Source: Eubacteriales bacterium
GTDB taxonomy: Bacteria > Bacillota > Clostridia > Saccharofermentanales > DTU023
DNA length: 64,000 nt
NCBI GenBank assembly: GCA_030537595.1
Contig: JAUNVR010000004.1
Coordinates: 4,761 to 68,760 of the forward strand
Direction: 5' to 3'
Both the position numbers and the translations under genes were made by a program. The first letter of the stretch is position 1, and every line of letters begins with the position of its first letter. Below, one piece after another: positions 37,054 through 45,864 of the stretch. The notes below the pieces were generated by a model. It made no database searches. It was not told the origin of the DNA and was given only the letters and a program-made list of their open reading frames with translations.

Positions 37054-38070
37054 ATGCGCTATTTGGAAACCTACAGCAATGATCCCGAATACAATCTTTC
37101 CTTTGAAGAGTACTGTTTTAAGTACCTGCCATTGGAAGATGAGGAATATGTCTTTCTCTGGATTAATAGCCCGGCGGTAATCATTGGTAAAAACCAGAAT
37201 GCCAGGCGGGAAATTAACAGCGAGTACTTTGCCACGCATGATTTAAAGCTAATTCGGCGGATTACTGGTGGCGGAGCGGTTTACCACGATTTAAATAATC
37301 TGAACTTCTCTTTCGTGACCAAGGTCAAAGGCTTAGCTCAGATTGATTTTAAAAGCTATTATCAGCCGATTGTGAACGCTTTAAGGGCAATCGGAGTTGA
37401 GGCTGAGCTATCCGGGCGGAACGATGTCACGATCGACGGTCTGAAGTGCATCGGCGCTTCACAGTCGATTTGGCACAATCGCGTGCTCTCGAATGGCTGT
37501 ATCCTCTTTGATGTCCAATTGACTGAGCTAGCCAAGGCTCTAAATCCCGATCCTTCGAAACTTGAAACCAAGGGCGTGAAGTCGGTGCGCAGTCGAATTA
37601 CCAATATTAAGCCCCACTTGAAGCAAGAAATTGATGTCTTGGAGTTCAAGGCTGAACTCTTACGGCAGATCTTTGCCCTGCGTGGCGAGGAGCCACGTGA
37701 GTATAAGTTAAGTGAGCAGGAACTGGCCGGGGTGAATAAAGTCTACAATGAGCGCTTTTCCAGGGCGAGCTGGAACTGGGGCCGAGATCTCGGTGCCGCT
37801 TATTATCATAAGCGTCGATTCCCTAGCGGCTCGGTAGAACTCTCCTTTGATCTAGAAAACGCAGGAGATGAGGCAAAAGCTCGGGTTAAAAATCTAAAAA
37901 TCTATGGTGACTTCTTTGGGATTAGGGAAGTTAGCGAGTTAGAAGAGCGCCTAGAAGGCATCCCGCTGTCAGAAGAGGAGATGCTTGAAGCAATTTCTGA
38001 CCTGCCCTTAAAAGAGATTATCGGGGCAGTCAGCGCTGAGGAGCTTGTAGAAATCTTCTTCATGACCTAA
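37054..38070 (+). CDS. lplA: Lipoate-protein ligase
   Basis: RRITGGGAVYHDLNNLNFSF matches the LplA motif RRSSGGGAVFHDLGN. The length is 338 aa. Confidence 0.85.
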   Translation: MRYLETYSNDPEYNLSFEEYCFKYLPLEDEEYVFLWINSPAVIIGKNQNARREINSEYFATHDLKLIRRITGGGAVYHDLNNLNFSFVTKVKGLAQIDFKSYYQPIVNALRAIGVEAELSGRNDVTIDGLKCIGASQSIWHNRVLSNGCILFDVQLTELAKALNPDPSKLETKGVKSVRSRITNIKPHLKQEIDVLEFKAELLRQIFALRGEEPREYKLSEQELAGVNKVYNERFSRASWNWGRDLGAAYYHKRRFPSGSVELSFDLENAGDEAKARVKNLKIYGDFFGIREVSELEERLEGIPLSEEEMLEAISDLPLKEIIGAVSAEELVEIFFMT

Positions 38071-38120
38071 GTCTGACGCCCAGGCCTTAGGGTCTAGAAG
38101 CAAGTCTTAAAACTTAAGTG

Positions 38121-38160
38121 AAATAAAAAAGAAGCCTCGGATTCGGGGCTTCTTATAATT
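38121..38160. terminator. Bidirectional terminator between convergent lplA and rpmB
   Basis: An 11-bp stem (aagaagcctcg 38129-38139 / cggggcttctt 38144-38154, one G-U pair) is flanked by an A-run upstream and a T-rich run downstream. Confidence 0.6.
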
Positions 38161-38182
38161 TCTAGATTATTCTCGAGCTTGC

Positions 38183-38383
38183 TTATGCGCGCTGGACTTT
38201 GCCTGAACGGAGGCAGCGAGTGCACACGTGGGCGGTGCAAGGGGTGCCATTTTCGTTCACGATGCGTACGCGACGAACGTTGGGCCGTTGCTTAACCTTA
38301 GCGCGACGAGAAACCTGCGAACGGGTGATTGAAATCTTACGTCCGAAGAACATATCCTTTTCACAAATATCACATTTGGCCAT
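38183..38383 (-). CDS. rpmB: 50S ribosomal protein L28
   Basis: MAKCDICEK..FGRKISITRSQ...VCTRCLRSGKV matches the L28 pattern. The ATG at 38383 follows AGGAGG. The ORF track start at 38392 is an upstream GTG. Confidence 0.9.
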   Translation of the reverse strand: MAKCDICEKDMFFGRKISITRSQVSRRAKVKQRPNVRRVRIVNENGTPCTAHVCTRCLRSGKVQRA

Positions 38384-38517
38384 TTTCTCCACCTCCTGGT
38401 TCTTAATTTCTGATGCGCTCCTAAAATGGATTTAGGCGCAAGCGCAAAAATGATAGTATCATAAGTGCTTTCAGGGTGCAATACCCTAGCACAATTATTT
38501 TTAACTGACTTAGCTAT

Positions 38518-39411
38518 TTAGCTAATTAATCTAGCAGCTTCAGCTTCTTCTTCATTAATCCGATCGACCCGAGCGAGTCGCTCTTCATCTTCTGGATTGA
38601 TTAGACCCTTAGTAATCGCGCCGGTGGGGCAGTTCTTTTTACAGATACCACAATGGCGGCAAAGCTCCTGATTGATGACGGCGCGGTTTTCGTGCATCGA
38701 GATCGCATCGAAGGGGCATTTTTTAACGCAAATTCGGCAGCCAATACAGCCGATATCACATTTGCCGCGCACTTCCTTGCCGGGCAGGGGATTGCTGCAG
38801 CGGACTTGGAAGAGGTCCGTATACTTGGGCATCATCTGAATAATGCCTTTAGGACAGGCGCCGACACAGGCCCCACAGGCGATGCAGCGCTCTGGATTAA
38901 TTCTTGCCAGGTCATCAATAATTTCGATTGCCTCGTAGTGGCAGGCGCGCTTACAGTCGCCGAGGCCGATACAGGAATACATACAGGCTCCCGGGCCGGC
39001 AAAGAGCCCCGCGGCTGAGGCGCAAGATTCGGAGCCGTTGTACTCGTAGCGTTGGCGCTCGTAATAGCAAGAGCCCTGGCAGAGCACCTGGGCGACCTTT
39101 GGAACAAAGGCTGCCGCCTCGAGCCCTAATTTGGCTGCGAGTTGGTCAATTACTTCCTTACCGCCAGGAGCACATTTGCTAATATCGCTATCTGCTCCGG
39201 AGGCCAGGGCCTTAGCATAACCAGGGCAGCCAGAATAACCACAGCCACCACAGTTGACCCCAGGTAGACATTCGAGAATTTCAGCTTCTCGCTCGTCTGA
39301 GGGGATGTGAAAAAGTTTAAATATCAGGACGATGATTAAACCGAGAATTAGGGCCAGAACACCGACCACTAGAACTGCGGTAAACACCGTTTGCATTAAT
39401 AATAGACTCAT
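38518..39411 (-). CDS. rnfB: Rnf electron-transport complex subunit B (polyferredoxin)
   Basis: It has an N-terminal TM segment, CGGCGYSGC, and several CxxCxxCxxxCP clusters. It is the last gene of rnfCDGEAB. Confidence 0.9.
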   Translation of the reverse strand: MSLLLMQTVFTAVLVVGVLALILGLIIVLIFKLFHIPSDEREAEILECLPGVNCGGCGYSGCPGYAKALASGADSDISKCAPGGKEVIDQLAAKLGLEAAAFVPKVAQVLCQGSCYYERQRYEYNGSESCASAAGLFAGPGACMYSCIGLGDCKRACHYEAIEIIDDLARINPERCIACGACVGACPKGIIQMMPKYTDLFQVRCSNPLPGKEVRGKCDIGCIGCRICVKKCPFDAISMHENRAVINQELCRHCGICKKNCPTGAITKGLINPEDEERLARVDRINEEEAEAARLIS

Positions 39412-39437
39412 GCCTTATCCTTTCCAGCTCAGCTCAA

Positions 39438-40028
39438 TTAAGCGAAGAGATTCTCGACTATGCCCTTGAAACCCATAAAGCTCAGGGAGACAATCCCTGC
39501 GGAAATCAGGGCTAGAGGCAGGCCTTTGAGAAATTCAGGCGGATTAGCATCTTCCAGGCGCTCACGCACACCGGCAAAGAGGAACATTGCAAGCATGTAG
39601 CCGAGGCCGGCTCCGAGGCCGTTAAACATGGCCTGGGCGAAGCTCAGCTCCTGGTCAATGTTGAGGAACATTACGCCGAGAATGGCGCAGTTTGTCGTAA
39701 TTAAGGGCAGGTAAATGCCGAGCGCATTGTACAAGGCTGGCATAGTTTTGTGCATAATTGCCTCAATGACCTGGACCGTCGAAGCGATGACTAAGATGAA
39801 GACCAGGTTGTCGAGATAGCCGAGCCCGAACTCTGCCAAAAGATAGTAATAGATCGGGTAGGTTACAGCAGTTGCAACCAGCATGACAAAGGTTACAGCC
39901 AAAGACATGCCCATCGAGTTTTTCAAGTTCTTAGTCAAACCTAAGAAGGAACAGATTCCGAGGAACTTTGAAAGCACCAGGTTATCGACTAAGATGACAC
40001 TAAACAAAATCATTAATAAGCTTTTCAT
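39438..40028 (-). CDS. rnfA: Rnf complex subunit A
   Basis: The 196-aa product is a polytopic membrane protein with LGICSFLG and ITTNCAILG motifs. It has a TAATG overlap with rnfE. Confidence 0.9.
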   Translation of the reverse strand: MKSLLMILFSVILVDNLVLSKFLGICSFLGLTKNLKNSMGMSLAVTFVMLVATAVTYPIYYYLLAEFGLGYLDNLVFILVIASTVQVIEAIMHKTMPALYNALGIYLPLITTNCAILGVMFLNIDQELSFAQAMFNGLGAGLGYMLAMFLFAGVRERLEDANPPEFLKGLPLALISAGIVSLSFMGFKGIVENLFA

Positions 40029-40936
40029 TAGGCGTTCGCTCCTTCCTCAGATTCTTGCTTCGCTTGATCGACTTCAGCCGCCTCTTTACTCACCGCTGAG
40101 GGTTGAGCTTTAAGACTAGCTTCAGTGGCAGCCTTTTCGACCTTGCTCTTAGCTTCAGCAGAGGACTGCTGGCGGGACTCACCACTGACCGCTTCAGGGC
40201 CGCGGATCCGATCGCGTCTTTCCGCTTCCTGACGCTCCATCCCGGCATAGCCGGAGTCGACCTTACTCATTTGAATGCGCGGAGCTTTTTCTGCGGTGTA
40301 AGGTTCGTTGGCATAAATCTTATTAATCAGCTGTTGCGAGATTGCAATCAAAATACCAAAGACGATAAAGCCACCGGGCGGCAAGATGAAGAGGGTCATC
40401 GGCTTGAGGCCCAAGGCTGCTAAGCCGGGGATTTTTAGGCCAAAGATTGAACCATTGCCCAAGACTTCACGGAAGACACCGATTAAAAAGAGTGCCCCAG
40501 TAAAGCCCAGACCCATGCCCAGGCCATCAATCACGGCCAAAAGCGGTGGGTTCTTACCGGCAAAAGCCTCGGCACGTCCGAGGATAATGCAGTTAACGGT
40601 GATTAAGGGGATGAAAATTCCCAAGGCCTTATCGAGCTCAGGCAGGTAAGCCTGCAAGAGAAATTTCAAGATGGTTACAAAAGAGGCAATAATTGTGATG
40701 TAGGCAGGAATTCTGACCTTATCGGGAATTGCTTTACGTAAGAGTGAGATAACTAAGTTTGAGCAGAGCAAAACAAAGGTTGCAGCAAGACCCATACCTA
40801 AGCCGTTAATTGCCGAAGTCGTGACGGCGAGAGCCGGACAGGCTCCAAGTAAAAGCGCAAGCAAGGGGTTTTCACGCAGGAAACCGCGGGTAAAAACCAT
40901 TGCTGATTGCCCAGATTTTTTCTTTTCAGCTGGCAT
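40028..40936 (-). CDS. rnfE: Rnf complex subunit E with a C-terminal extension of about 94 aa
   Basis: The core carries [12 protein letters not shown] and [13 protein letters not shown]. The start is taken at MPAEKKK (ATG 40936), which follows AAGGAGA and lies 17 nt after the rnfG stop. Confidence 0.85.
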   Translation of the reverse strand: MPAEKKKSGQSAMVFTRGFLRENPLLALLLGACPALAVTTSAINGLGMGLAATFVLLCSNLVISLLRKAIPDKVRIPAYITIIASFVTILKFLLQAYLPELDKALGIFIPLITVNCIILGRAEAFAGKNPPLLAVIDGLGMGLGFTGALFLIGVFREVLGNGSIFGLKIPGLAALGLKPMTLFILPPGGFIVFGILIAISQQLINKIYANEPYTAEKAPRIQMSKVDSGYAGMERQEAERRDRIRGPEAVSGESRQQSSAEAKSKVEKAATEASLKAQPSAVSKEAAEVDQAKQESEEGANA

Positions 40937-40953
40937 AATTCTCTCCTTCCGGC

Positions 40954-41556
40954 CTAGTCTAAGAGGCCACGTAACGCGGTGGTGGCCCAGTTTACACCAG
41001 TACAAACTGCTTCAGAAGAAATAGTTGCACCGGAGATGGAATCGATTTTTGCTGGCTCTAAATTGAGGCCAGAGGGGCTCTGCCCATCTGTTGAAAAGAA
41101 GCTACTGAGCTGGTAGCCGCTAAATTGATCGCGGAACTCAGCTTCCTCAATCCGCTTACCGAGACCAGCCGTTTCGGCGTTATCGCCGACTAGGACACCG
41201 AGGACTTCGCCCGTCGGGCTGAGTGCGGTGAGGACCTCAACTGGATCTGAACCGTAGCCTTTGACCATGGCTTGCACCAGATAGCCGAGCTCAGTCCCAT
41301 CAGCAGCGCGAACAGCCTCAAAGAGTGGGATCTGTTCTGGGCTAAATTCTTCAGGTAATTCTAAGGGCGTAAATTCCTCGCCATTCGGAAAGAGTAATTG
41401 CTTATTTTCCAAAAGTGCGGTCTCAACTAAAAGGGCGCGGCGCTCAGCTGTTAGCTCATAGGTCATAGCGAGGGCCGCTGTGGAGACCAGGCAGATCAGA
41501 AAGAGAATTAGTGCCGGCATTACACCGCGGTCTTTTAAAGCTACTGACTTAGGCAT
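40954..41556 (-). CDS. rnfG: Rnf complex subunit G (FMN-binding)
   Basis: It has an N-terminal TM segment and the flavinylation motif SGATISS near the C-terminus. Confidence 0.85.
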   Translation of the reverse strand: MPKSVALKDRGVMPALILFLICLVSTAALAMTYELTAERRALLVETALLENKQLLFPNGEEFTPLELPEEFSPEQIPLFEAVRAADGTELGYLVQAMVKGYGSDPVEVLTALSPTGEVLGVLVGDNAETAGLGKRIEEAEFRDQFSGYQLSSFFSTDGQSPSGLNLEPAKIDSISGATISSEAVCTGVNWATTALRGLLD

Positions 41557-42526
41557 TAGCGGCTCCTTTCTCTTGCTTCTGGCGGTAGTGGCTGAGCGGT
41601 TTTTCGCGACACCACTTATTTAAGTGGGGAGTCAGAATATTCATCACCAGGATGGCGTAGGAGACACCTTCAGGTGTACCGCCATACAGCCTAATCAGGC
41701 CGGTAATTAGCCCTGCCCCGAGGCCAAAGAAGAACTTGCCCTTGGGGGAGTAGGGTGTGCTGACGTAGTCAGTGGCCATAAAGAAGGCACCGAGAATTAA
41801 ACCACCGGATAATAGATGGTAGAGCGGGCTTTGCCCGCCGAGCGTGACAACTATCATCGTCGTGGCGATGAAGCTGAGTGGAATCCAAATATCGATCACT
41901 CTTTTGATCAGGAGATAGGCTGCGCCAATAAGTAGGGCGAGGATTGAAACTTCACCAATCGAACCTGCTTTCAGACCGATAAAGAGCTCTGAGAGCGAGG
42001 GTAATCCGGCTTCGGGATTGCCGATATATGAAAGTACCGTTGCCGAGGAGCAGAGGTCATAGGCAGCAGCTCCACTTTCTTTTAAGTGCTTACCGAGGAC
42101 GACAAAATTGGTCATTTCCTGGGGGAAGCAGACGAGGAGGAAAACTCGGGCCGTCAGCGCCGGGTTGGTAATATTGTAGCCCAGCCCACCAAAGATCAGT
42201 TTTGCGCCGACGATTGCGACAAAGGCACCGAGAATAGCCATCCACCAAGGGAAGTTAGCCGGAAAGTTAAAAGCCAGCAAGACGCCGGTGACCACAGCCG
42301 ATAAATCACTAATGGTTTGTGGGCGGTGCATTAAGCGATTGCCGGCCCACTCGAAAAAGACACAGGCTGCTGTGGTAACGAAAGTTAAGACAATTGCTCG
42401 CCAGCCAAAGGCCATATAGGCGAGGACTAGTGCAGGCAGCAAGGCGATGACGACATCACCCATAACCTTAGTCGTAGTCGATTTATCGCGAATATGTGGT
42501 GAGGCAGAAACCTTAAGCATTTGCAT
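41549..42526 (-). CDS. rnfD: Rnf complex subunit D
   Basis: It begins MQMLKVSASPHI and has the C-terminal motif FMATDYVTSP-like (FMATDYVSTP). The ATG at 42526 lies 6 nt after GAAGGAGG. Confidence 0.9.
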   Translation of the reverse strand: MQMLKVSASPHIRDKSTTTKVMGDVVIALLPALVLAYMAFGWRAIVLTFVTTAACVFFEWAGNRLMHRPQTISDLSAVVTGVLLAFNFPANFPWWMAILGAFVAIVGAKLIFGGLGYNITNPALTARVFLLVCFPQEMTNFVVLGKHLKESGAAAYDLCSSATVLSYIGNPEAGLPSLSELFIGLKAGSIGEVSILALLIGAAYLLIKRVIDIWIPLSFIATTMIVVTLGGQSPLYHLLSGGLILGAFFMATDYVSTPYSPKGKFFFGLGAGLITGLIRLYGGTPEGVSYAILVMNILTPHLNKWCREKPLSHYRQKQEKGAANA

Positions 42527-43853
42527 TTGCGGCCTCCTTCTTAGCTGTTTGAGCAGTCCTGTAGATTTGCTTGCCAACCCGGATATTCTGGACTAAATAA
42601 CGTTTTGCAGGGCAGACATAGGTGCAGCAACCACACTCGATACAGTCCATTACGTAAAAGTGCCCGAGTCGCTCAGCCTGCTCTTTTCTGGCTGCCTGGT
42701 CGAGTGCTGTTGGCACTAAGCCCATCGGGCAGGAGCGGGTGCAGCGACCACAGAGCATACAAGCTGACTCTGGGGGAATTGCAGCCTCTTCGGCTGAGAA
42801 AACTAAAATCGCGTTATTATTCTTTAAAATCGGATCGCTCAGGCTGGAAACCGCAATTCCCATCATTGGCCCGCCCATAATAACTTTGGCCGGGTTTTTC
42901 TGGAAACCTCCGGTTAAATCTACAAAGTCATCAATTGGAGCACCAATTGGGACTTCGTAGTTTCCAGGTCGTCTGACGGCTCCTCCATCGAGGGTCACAA
43001 TTTTTGAGACTAGGGGCATGCCCGTACTTAAAAACTGCTGGATGCTGCGGCAGGTACCGACGTTTAAGACGAGGCAGCCGACATCATGGGGCAGGCCACC
43101 CTCCGGTACAATCCGCCCAGTCAGGCGGTAGATCAGCATCTTTTCCGCGCCGAGGGGGTAGCGAGCTTTCTGAGCCATTAATTTAATCGAGCCTGAAAGA
43201 CCGAGGTCGGCGATGATCTTTTTAATCTTGGCATTAGCTCTCGGAGTGTTGCCCTCGACCCCGATAATGGCTTGGGGAATTTGTGTCCACTTTAAGACTT
43301 GTCTGACCCCTTCGATAATTTCCTCGGTATACTCGCGCATCTGGAAATCATCCGAAGTGATAAAAGGCTCACACTCCATACCGTTGATCAGTAACATATC
43401 AATCTTCTTATCTGGTGGTGGATTGAGCTTAAAATGGGTCGGGAAGCCAGCGCCACCGAGTCCGACTAGGCCGGAGTCTCGAACAGCGGTACAAAAACTT
43501 TCACGGTCATTTACTTCGGGAATTTTCAAATCAGGGCAAACAGTGTCCTTGAAATCATTTTTAATTTCAATGACCTCCATAGGTCTGCCTGCATGTTGGA
43601 TTTCCGTGCTAATCTTTTCCACAGTTCCAGAAACCGAGCTGTGAATCGGAACGGACATTGGAGCTATGGGCTCGCCTATGACTTGTCCAACAGTGACCTT
43701 ATCGCCTCTTTTTACACAGGCCTTTGCACCGGGTCCAATTTGCTGCTGCATTGACATCCGAATTGTCGGGAAGCGCCGCAGCACTTTGAGCTCGGAGCTC
43801 GAAGTATGCTTGGACTCGGGTGGATGAATCCCGGCTCGTGCGAATAAATCCAT
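42513..43853 (-). CDS. rnfC: Rnf complex subunit C (NADH-binding, 2x[4Fe-4S])
   Basis: The motifs GLVGLGGAGFPT, CMLCGRCTRSCP and CIECGCCTYVCP are present. Confidence 0.9.
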   Translation of the reverse strand: MDLFARAGIHPPESKHTSSSELKVLRRFPTIRMSMQQQIGPGAKACVKRGDKVTVGQVIGEPIAPMSVPIHSSVSGTVEKISTEIQHAGRPMEVIEIKNDFKDTVCPDLKIPEVNDRESFCTAVRDSGLVGLGGAGFPTHFKLNPPPDKKIDMLLINGMECEPFITSDDFQMREYTEEIIEGVRQVLKWTQIPQAIIGVEGNTPRANAKIKKIIADLGLSGSIKLMAQKARYPLGAEKMLIYRLTGRIVPEGGLPHDVGCLVLNVGTCRSIQQFLSTGMPLVSKIVTLDGGAVRRPGNYEVPIGAPIDDFVDLTGGFQKNPAKVIMGGPMMGIAVSSLSDPILKNNNAILVFSAEEAAIPPESACMLCGRCTRSCPMGLVPTALDQAARKEQAERLGHFYVMDCIECGCCTYVCPAKRYLVQNIRVGKQIYRTAQTAKKEAANANA

Positions 43854-44013
43854 TCAGCAATCCTCTCTTTCAAAGCCAAATACGATGCCTAAATAAGAGA
43901 ACTGAAAGATAAATTCAGCTGTAGCTGAAAGACAGCCACAGTTTATTCCTTACTGACATCATTAACGCATTTAAAATATAACAAAATCGTAAGCTAAAGT
44001 AAAAGTTATCCGC

Positions 44014-45444
44014 CTAAAGCCGTCTTGGACGCTGATAACGTTGGCGTTTTTTCTTGCGCAGTAAATACCAACTAAAGCCTAGGCAAATAAAAGCGGCTGG
44101 CAGGGCGTACTTCAAAATCCTCAGATTTTTCTGCCGGGCTCTGGCCTGGAGGTATTCGCTAGCCTCTTGGGCTGCGAGGGTTTCAAGTAGGCGCGGCTGG
44201 AAATTATCCTCATTTTCAGTGACCTCGGCAGGGCTCGGGGGTTTTAAGGGGCCGGCTTGCTCGAGGCCGGCTTCAGCCTTCGAGCTCAGCTCAGGCCAAC
44301 GCTGCTCTGGACTCGGGACAACTGTATCGGCAGGAAGCTCCGGCAGATGATCCTCTAGATAGCTATAGATTTTCGCGTGATCCAAGATTTGCTGACCTGC
44401 CTTCAAGGCGCGTTCCGTTGAAACAATGATCAAACGATTGCCAAAGAGGGCATAGGAGGTAAAGCAGTAACCGGCCTCGGGCAGCCAACCAGTTTTACCA
44501 CCAGCGATGACACTGTCATCAACCGCCAGCTGTGCACCGTAATGCTGGATCGTGTGCTCCAGGGGGATACCCTCGGGGTGGAGATTAGTTGCCGGAGTCG
44601 TATAGCTTCTGCTCCCGCAGATTTGCCGAAAGAGTGGGTCTTGTAATAAACAATGTAAAAGCAAGGTCATATCTTCAGCAGTACTGAAATTATAGGGGTC
44701 ATGGAGCCCAGTAGAGTTTGCAAAGTGAGTTCCCTTCATGCCTAAAATCGCAGCTGTTCGATTCATATCCTCGACAAAGGCTTCTTCGCTGCTGTGGACA
44801 TGGCGATGTAAGAGTCGTAAAGCATCTGAACCGGAGGGCAAGAGGATGCCGTAAAGGGCCTCACGAATTGGAATCAGCTCGCCAATCAGTAAACCCATGA
44901 TTGAAGCACCGGCCGCGGCCAAGCCCTGCACATCACGCATTTCAACTTCGAGAATATCGTGCATTGAATAGCCCTCGGCTCTGAGCCCACGCAGAATTAC
45001 GAGGGTTGACATCATCTTAGTCATCGAAGCGGGGTAAATCGGGTCTGCGGCCAAGCTGCGATGGTAATCACGGTAGCTGCCATCACCAAAGTATTCACGA
45101 ATGATGACATTCGGGGATGCGAGTTGCAATTCGTCCAGGTCCAGTTGGATTTCCTCTAAACCCTGCCGCTCTACCTGCGGCTTTAATTCGGGATAGATTA
45201 AATCCTCGGGCTCAGTTTCTGCAGCAGCTAGGGCTTCCAGACAGCCAAAAGCTCCTAAGAGAATGCTGGAAGAGAGAAAGCAGAAGAGCAAGATTCCAGC
45301 TAAATAGGACTTGCTTCGAGCCTTGTCGAAGCTGGGGCGAGCTTTCGCCAAACTGGCCTTAGGGGCTGATTTAAAGTAGGACATTAGATTCAATAAATTC
45401 ACTTTGCAACTCCGAACTTTGAGATTTCGTAAAAATTTTAACAT
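44014..45444 (-). CDS. D-alanyl-D-alanine carboxypeptidase (peptidase S11, PBP5/DacB-like) with a C-terminal membrane anchor
   Basis: It has SxxK (ASMTK), an SxN-like motif (PSGSDA) and KTG (GGKTGW). The start codon is uncertain; 45384 is the alternative to 45444. Confidence 0.75.
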   Translation of the reverse strand: MLKFLRNLKVRSCKVNLLNLMSYFKSAPKASLAKARPSFDKARSKSYLAGILLFCFLSSSILLGAFGCLEALAAAETEPEDLIYPELKPQVERQGLEEIQLDLDELQLASPNVIIREYFGDGSYRDYHRSLAADPIYPASMTKMMSTLVILRGLRAEGYSMHDILEVEMRDVQGLAAAGASIMGLLIGELIPIREALYGILLPSGSDALRLLHRHVHSSEEAFVEDMNRTAAILGMKGTHFANSTGLHDPYNFSTAEDMTLLLHCLLQDPLFRQICGSRSYTTPATNLHPEGIPLEHTIQHYGAQLAVDDSVIAGGKTGWLPEAGYCFTSYALFGNRLIIVSTERALKAGQQILDHAKIYSYLEDHLPELPADTVVPSPEQRWPELSSKAEAGLEQAGPLKPPSPAEVTENEDNFQPRLLETLAAQEASEYLQARARQKNLRILKYALPAAFICLGFSWYLLRKKKRQRYQRPRRL

Positions 45445-45451
45445 ATAAGAG

Positions 45452-45480
45452 TTGACAAGTGAGCAAGTGCTTGCTAATAT
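45452..45480 (+). promoter_or_regulatory. Sigma-70-type promoter for the tRNA cluster
   Basis: TTGACA (45452-45457) is separated by 17 nt from TAATAT (45475-45480). Confidence 0.6.
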
Positions 45481-45519
45481 ACTTTAGCCGCTGTACAGAA
45501 CGCCAGTTGCGGCAGCTGC

Positions 45520-45596
45520 GGCGGCGTAGCTTAGTTGGTCAGAGCATCCGGTTCATACCCGGAGGGTCGTAGGTTCGACTCCTACCGCCGCCACCA
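45520..45596 (+). tRNA. tRNA-Met (anticodon CAT, elongator type), CCA encoded
   Basis: The acceptor pairs GGCGGCG/CGCCGCC. The anticodon stem is TCCGG/CCGGA with loop TTCATAC. The 1:72 pair is intact and there is no GGG/CCC anticodon stem, so it is not an initiator. The loop is unlike Ile2 (CTCATAA). Confidence 0.85.
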
Positions 45597-45599
45597 GAC

Positions 45600-45674
45600 G
45601 GCCCGTTGGTCAAGAGGTTAAGACATCGCCCTTTCACGGCGGAGTCAGGGGTTCGATTCCCCTACGGGTCACCA
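45600..45674 (+). tRNA. tRNA-Glu (anticodon TTC), CCA encoded
   Basis: It is nearly identical to the remembered B. subtilis tRNA-Glu (GGCCCGTTGGTCAAG.GGTTAAGACA.CGCCCTTTCACGGCGG...ACGGGTCACCA). It starts 3 nt after tRNA-Met. Confidence 0.95.
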
Positions 45675-45677
45675 GAT

Positions 45678-45707
45678 AGAAGACTCAGCGGTGGCGCTGA
45701 GTCTTCT
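45678..45707 (+). other. Perfect 13-bp hairpin with a GTGG tetraloop between tRNA-Glu and tRNA-Val
   Basis: agaagactcagcg (45678-45690) pairs with cgctgagtcttct (45695-45707). No clear U-tract follows. Confidence 0.5.
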
Positions 45708-45715
45708 TGCCTTTA

Positions 45716-45792
45716 GGGCATTTAGCTCAGCTGGTTAGAGCACCAGCTTCACACGCTGGGGGTCGTAGGTTCGAGTCCTATAGTGCCCACCA
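45716..45792 (+). tRNA. tRNA-Val (anticodon CAC), CCA encoded
   Basis: The acceptor pairs GGGCATT/AGTGCCC. The anticodon stem is CCAGC/GCTGG with loop TTCACAC. The T-arm is GTAGG-TTCGAGT-CCTAT. Confidence 0.95.
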
Positions 45793-45828
45793 AAAAGCAC
45801 CACAGTCTGACTGCGGTGCTTTTGTTTT
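45793..45828 (+). terminator. Rho-independent terminator after the tRNA cluster
   Basis: The stem agcaccacag/ctgcggtgct has one mismatch and is followed by TTTTGTTTT. Confidence 0.7.
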
Positions 45829-45864
45829 AAGCTGATATAGTTTTTCAATGAAAAGTATATAAAG

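Noticed and set aside
40937-41005. Upstream extensions occur in several ORF-track entries: RnfE (MYWCKLGHH...), RnfD (42527-42577), dnaK (60874), rpmB (38392), dinB (19941) and citD (9538).
   Set aside because: In each case an internal start with a good Shine-Dalgarno at proper spacing matches the conserved N-terminus of the family. The extensions overlap the preceding gene.
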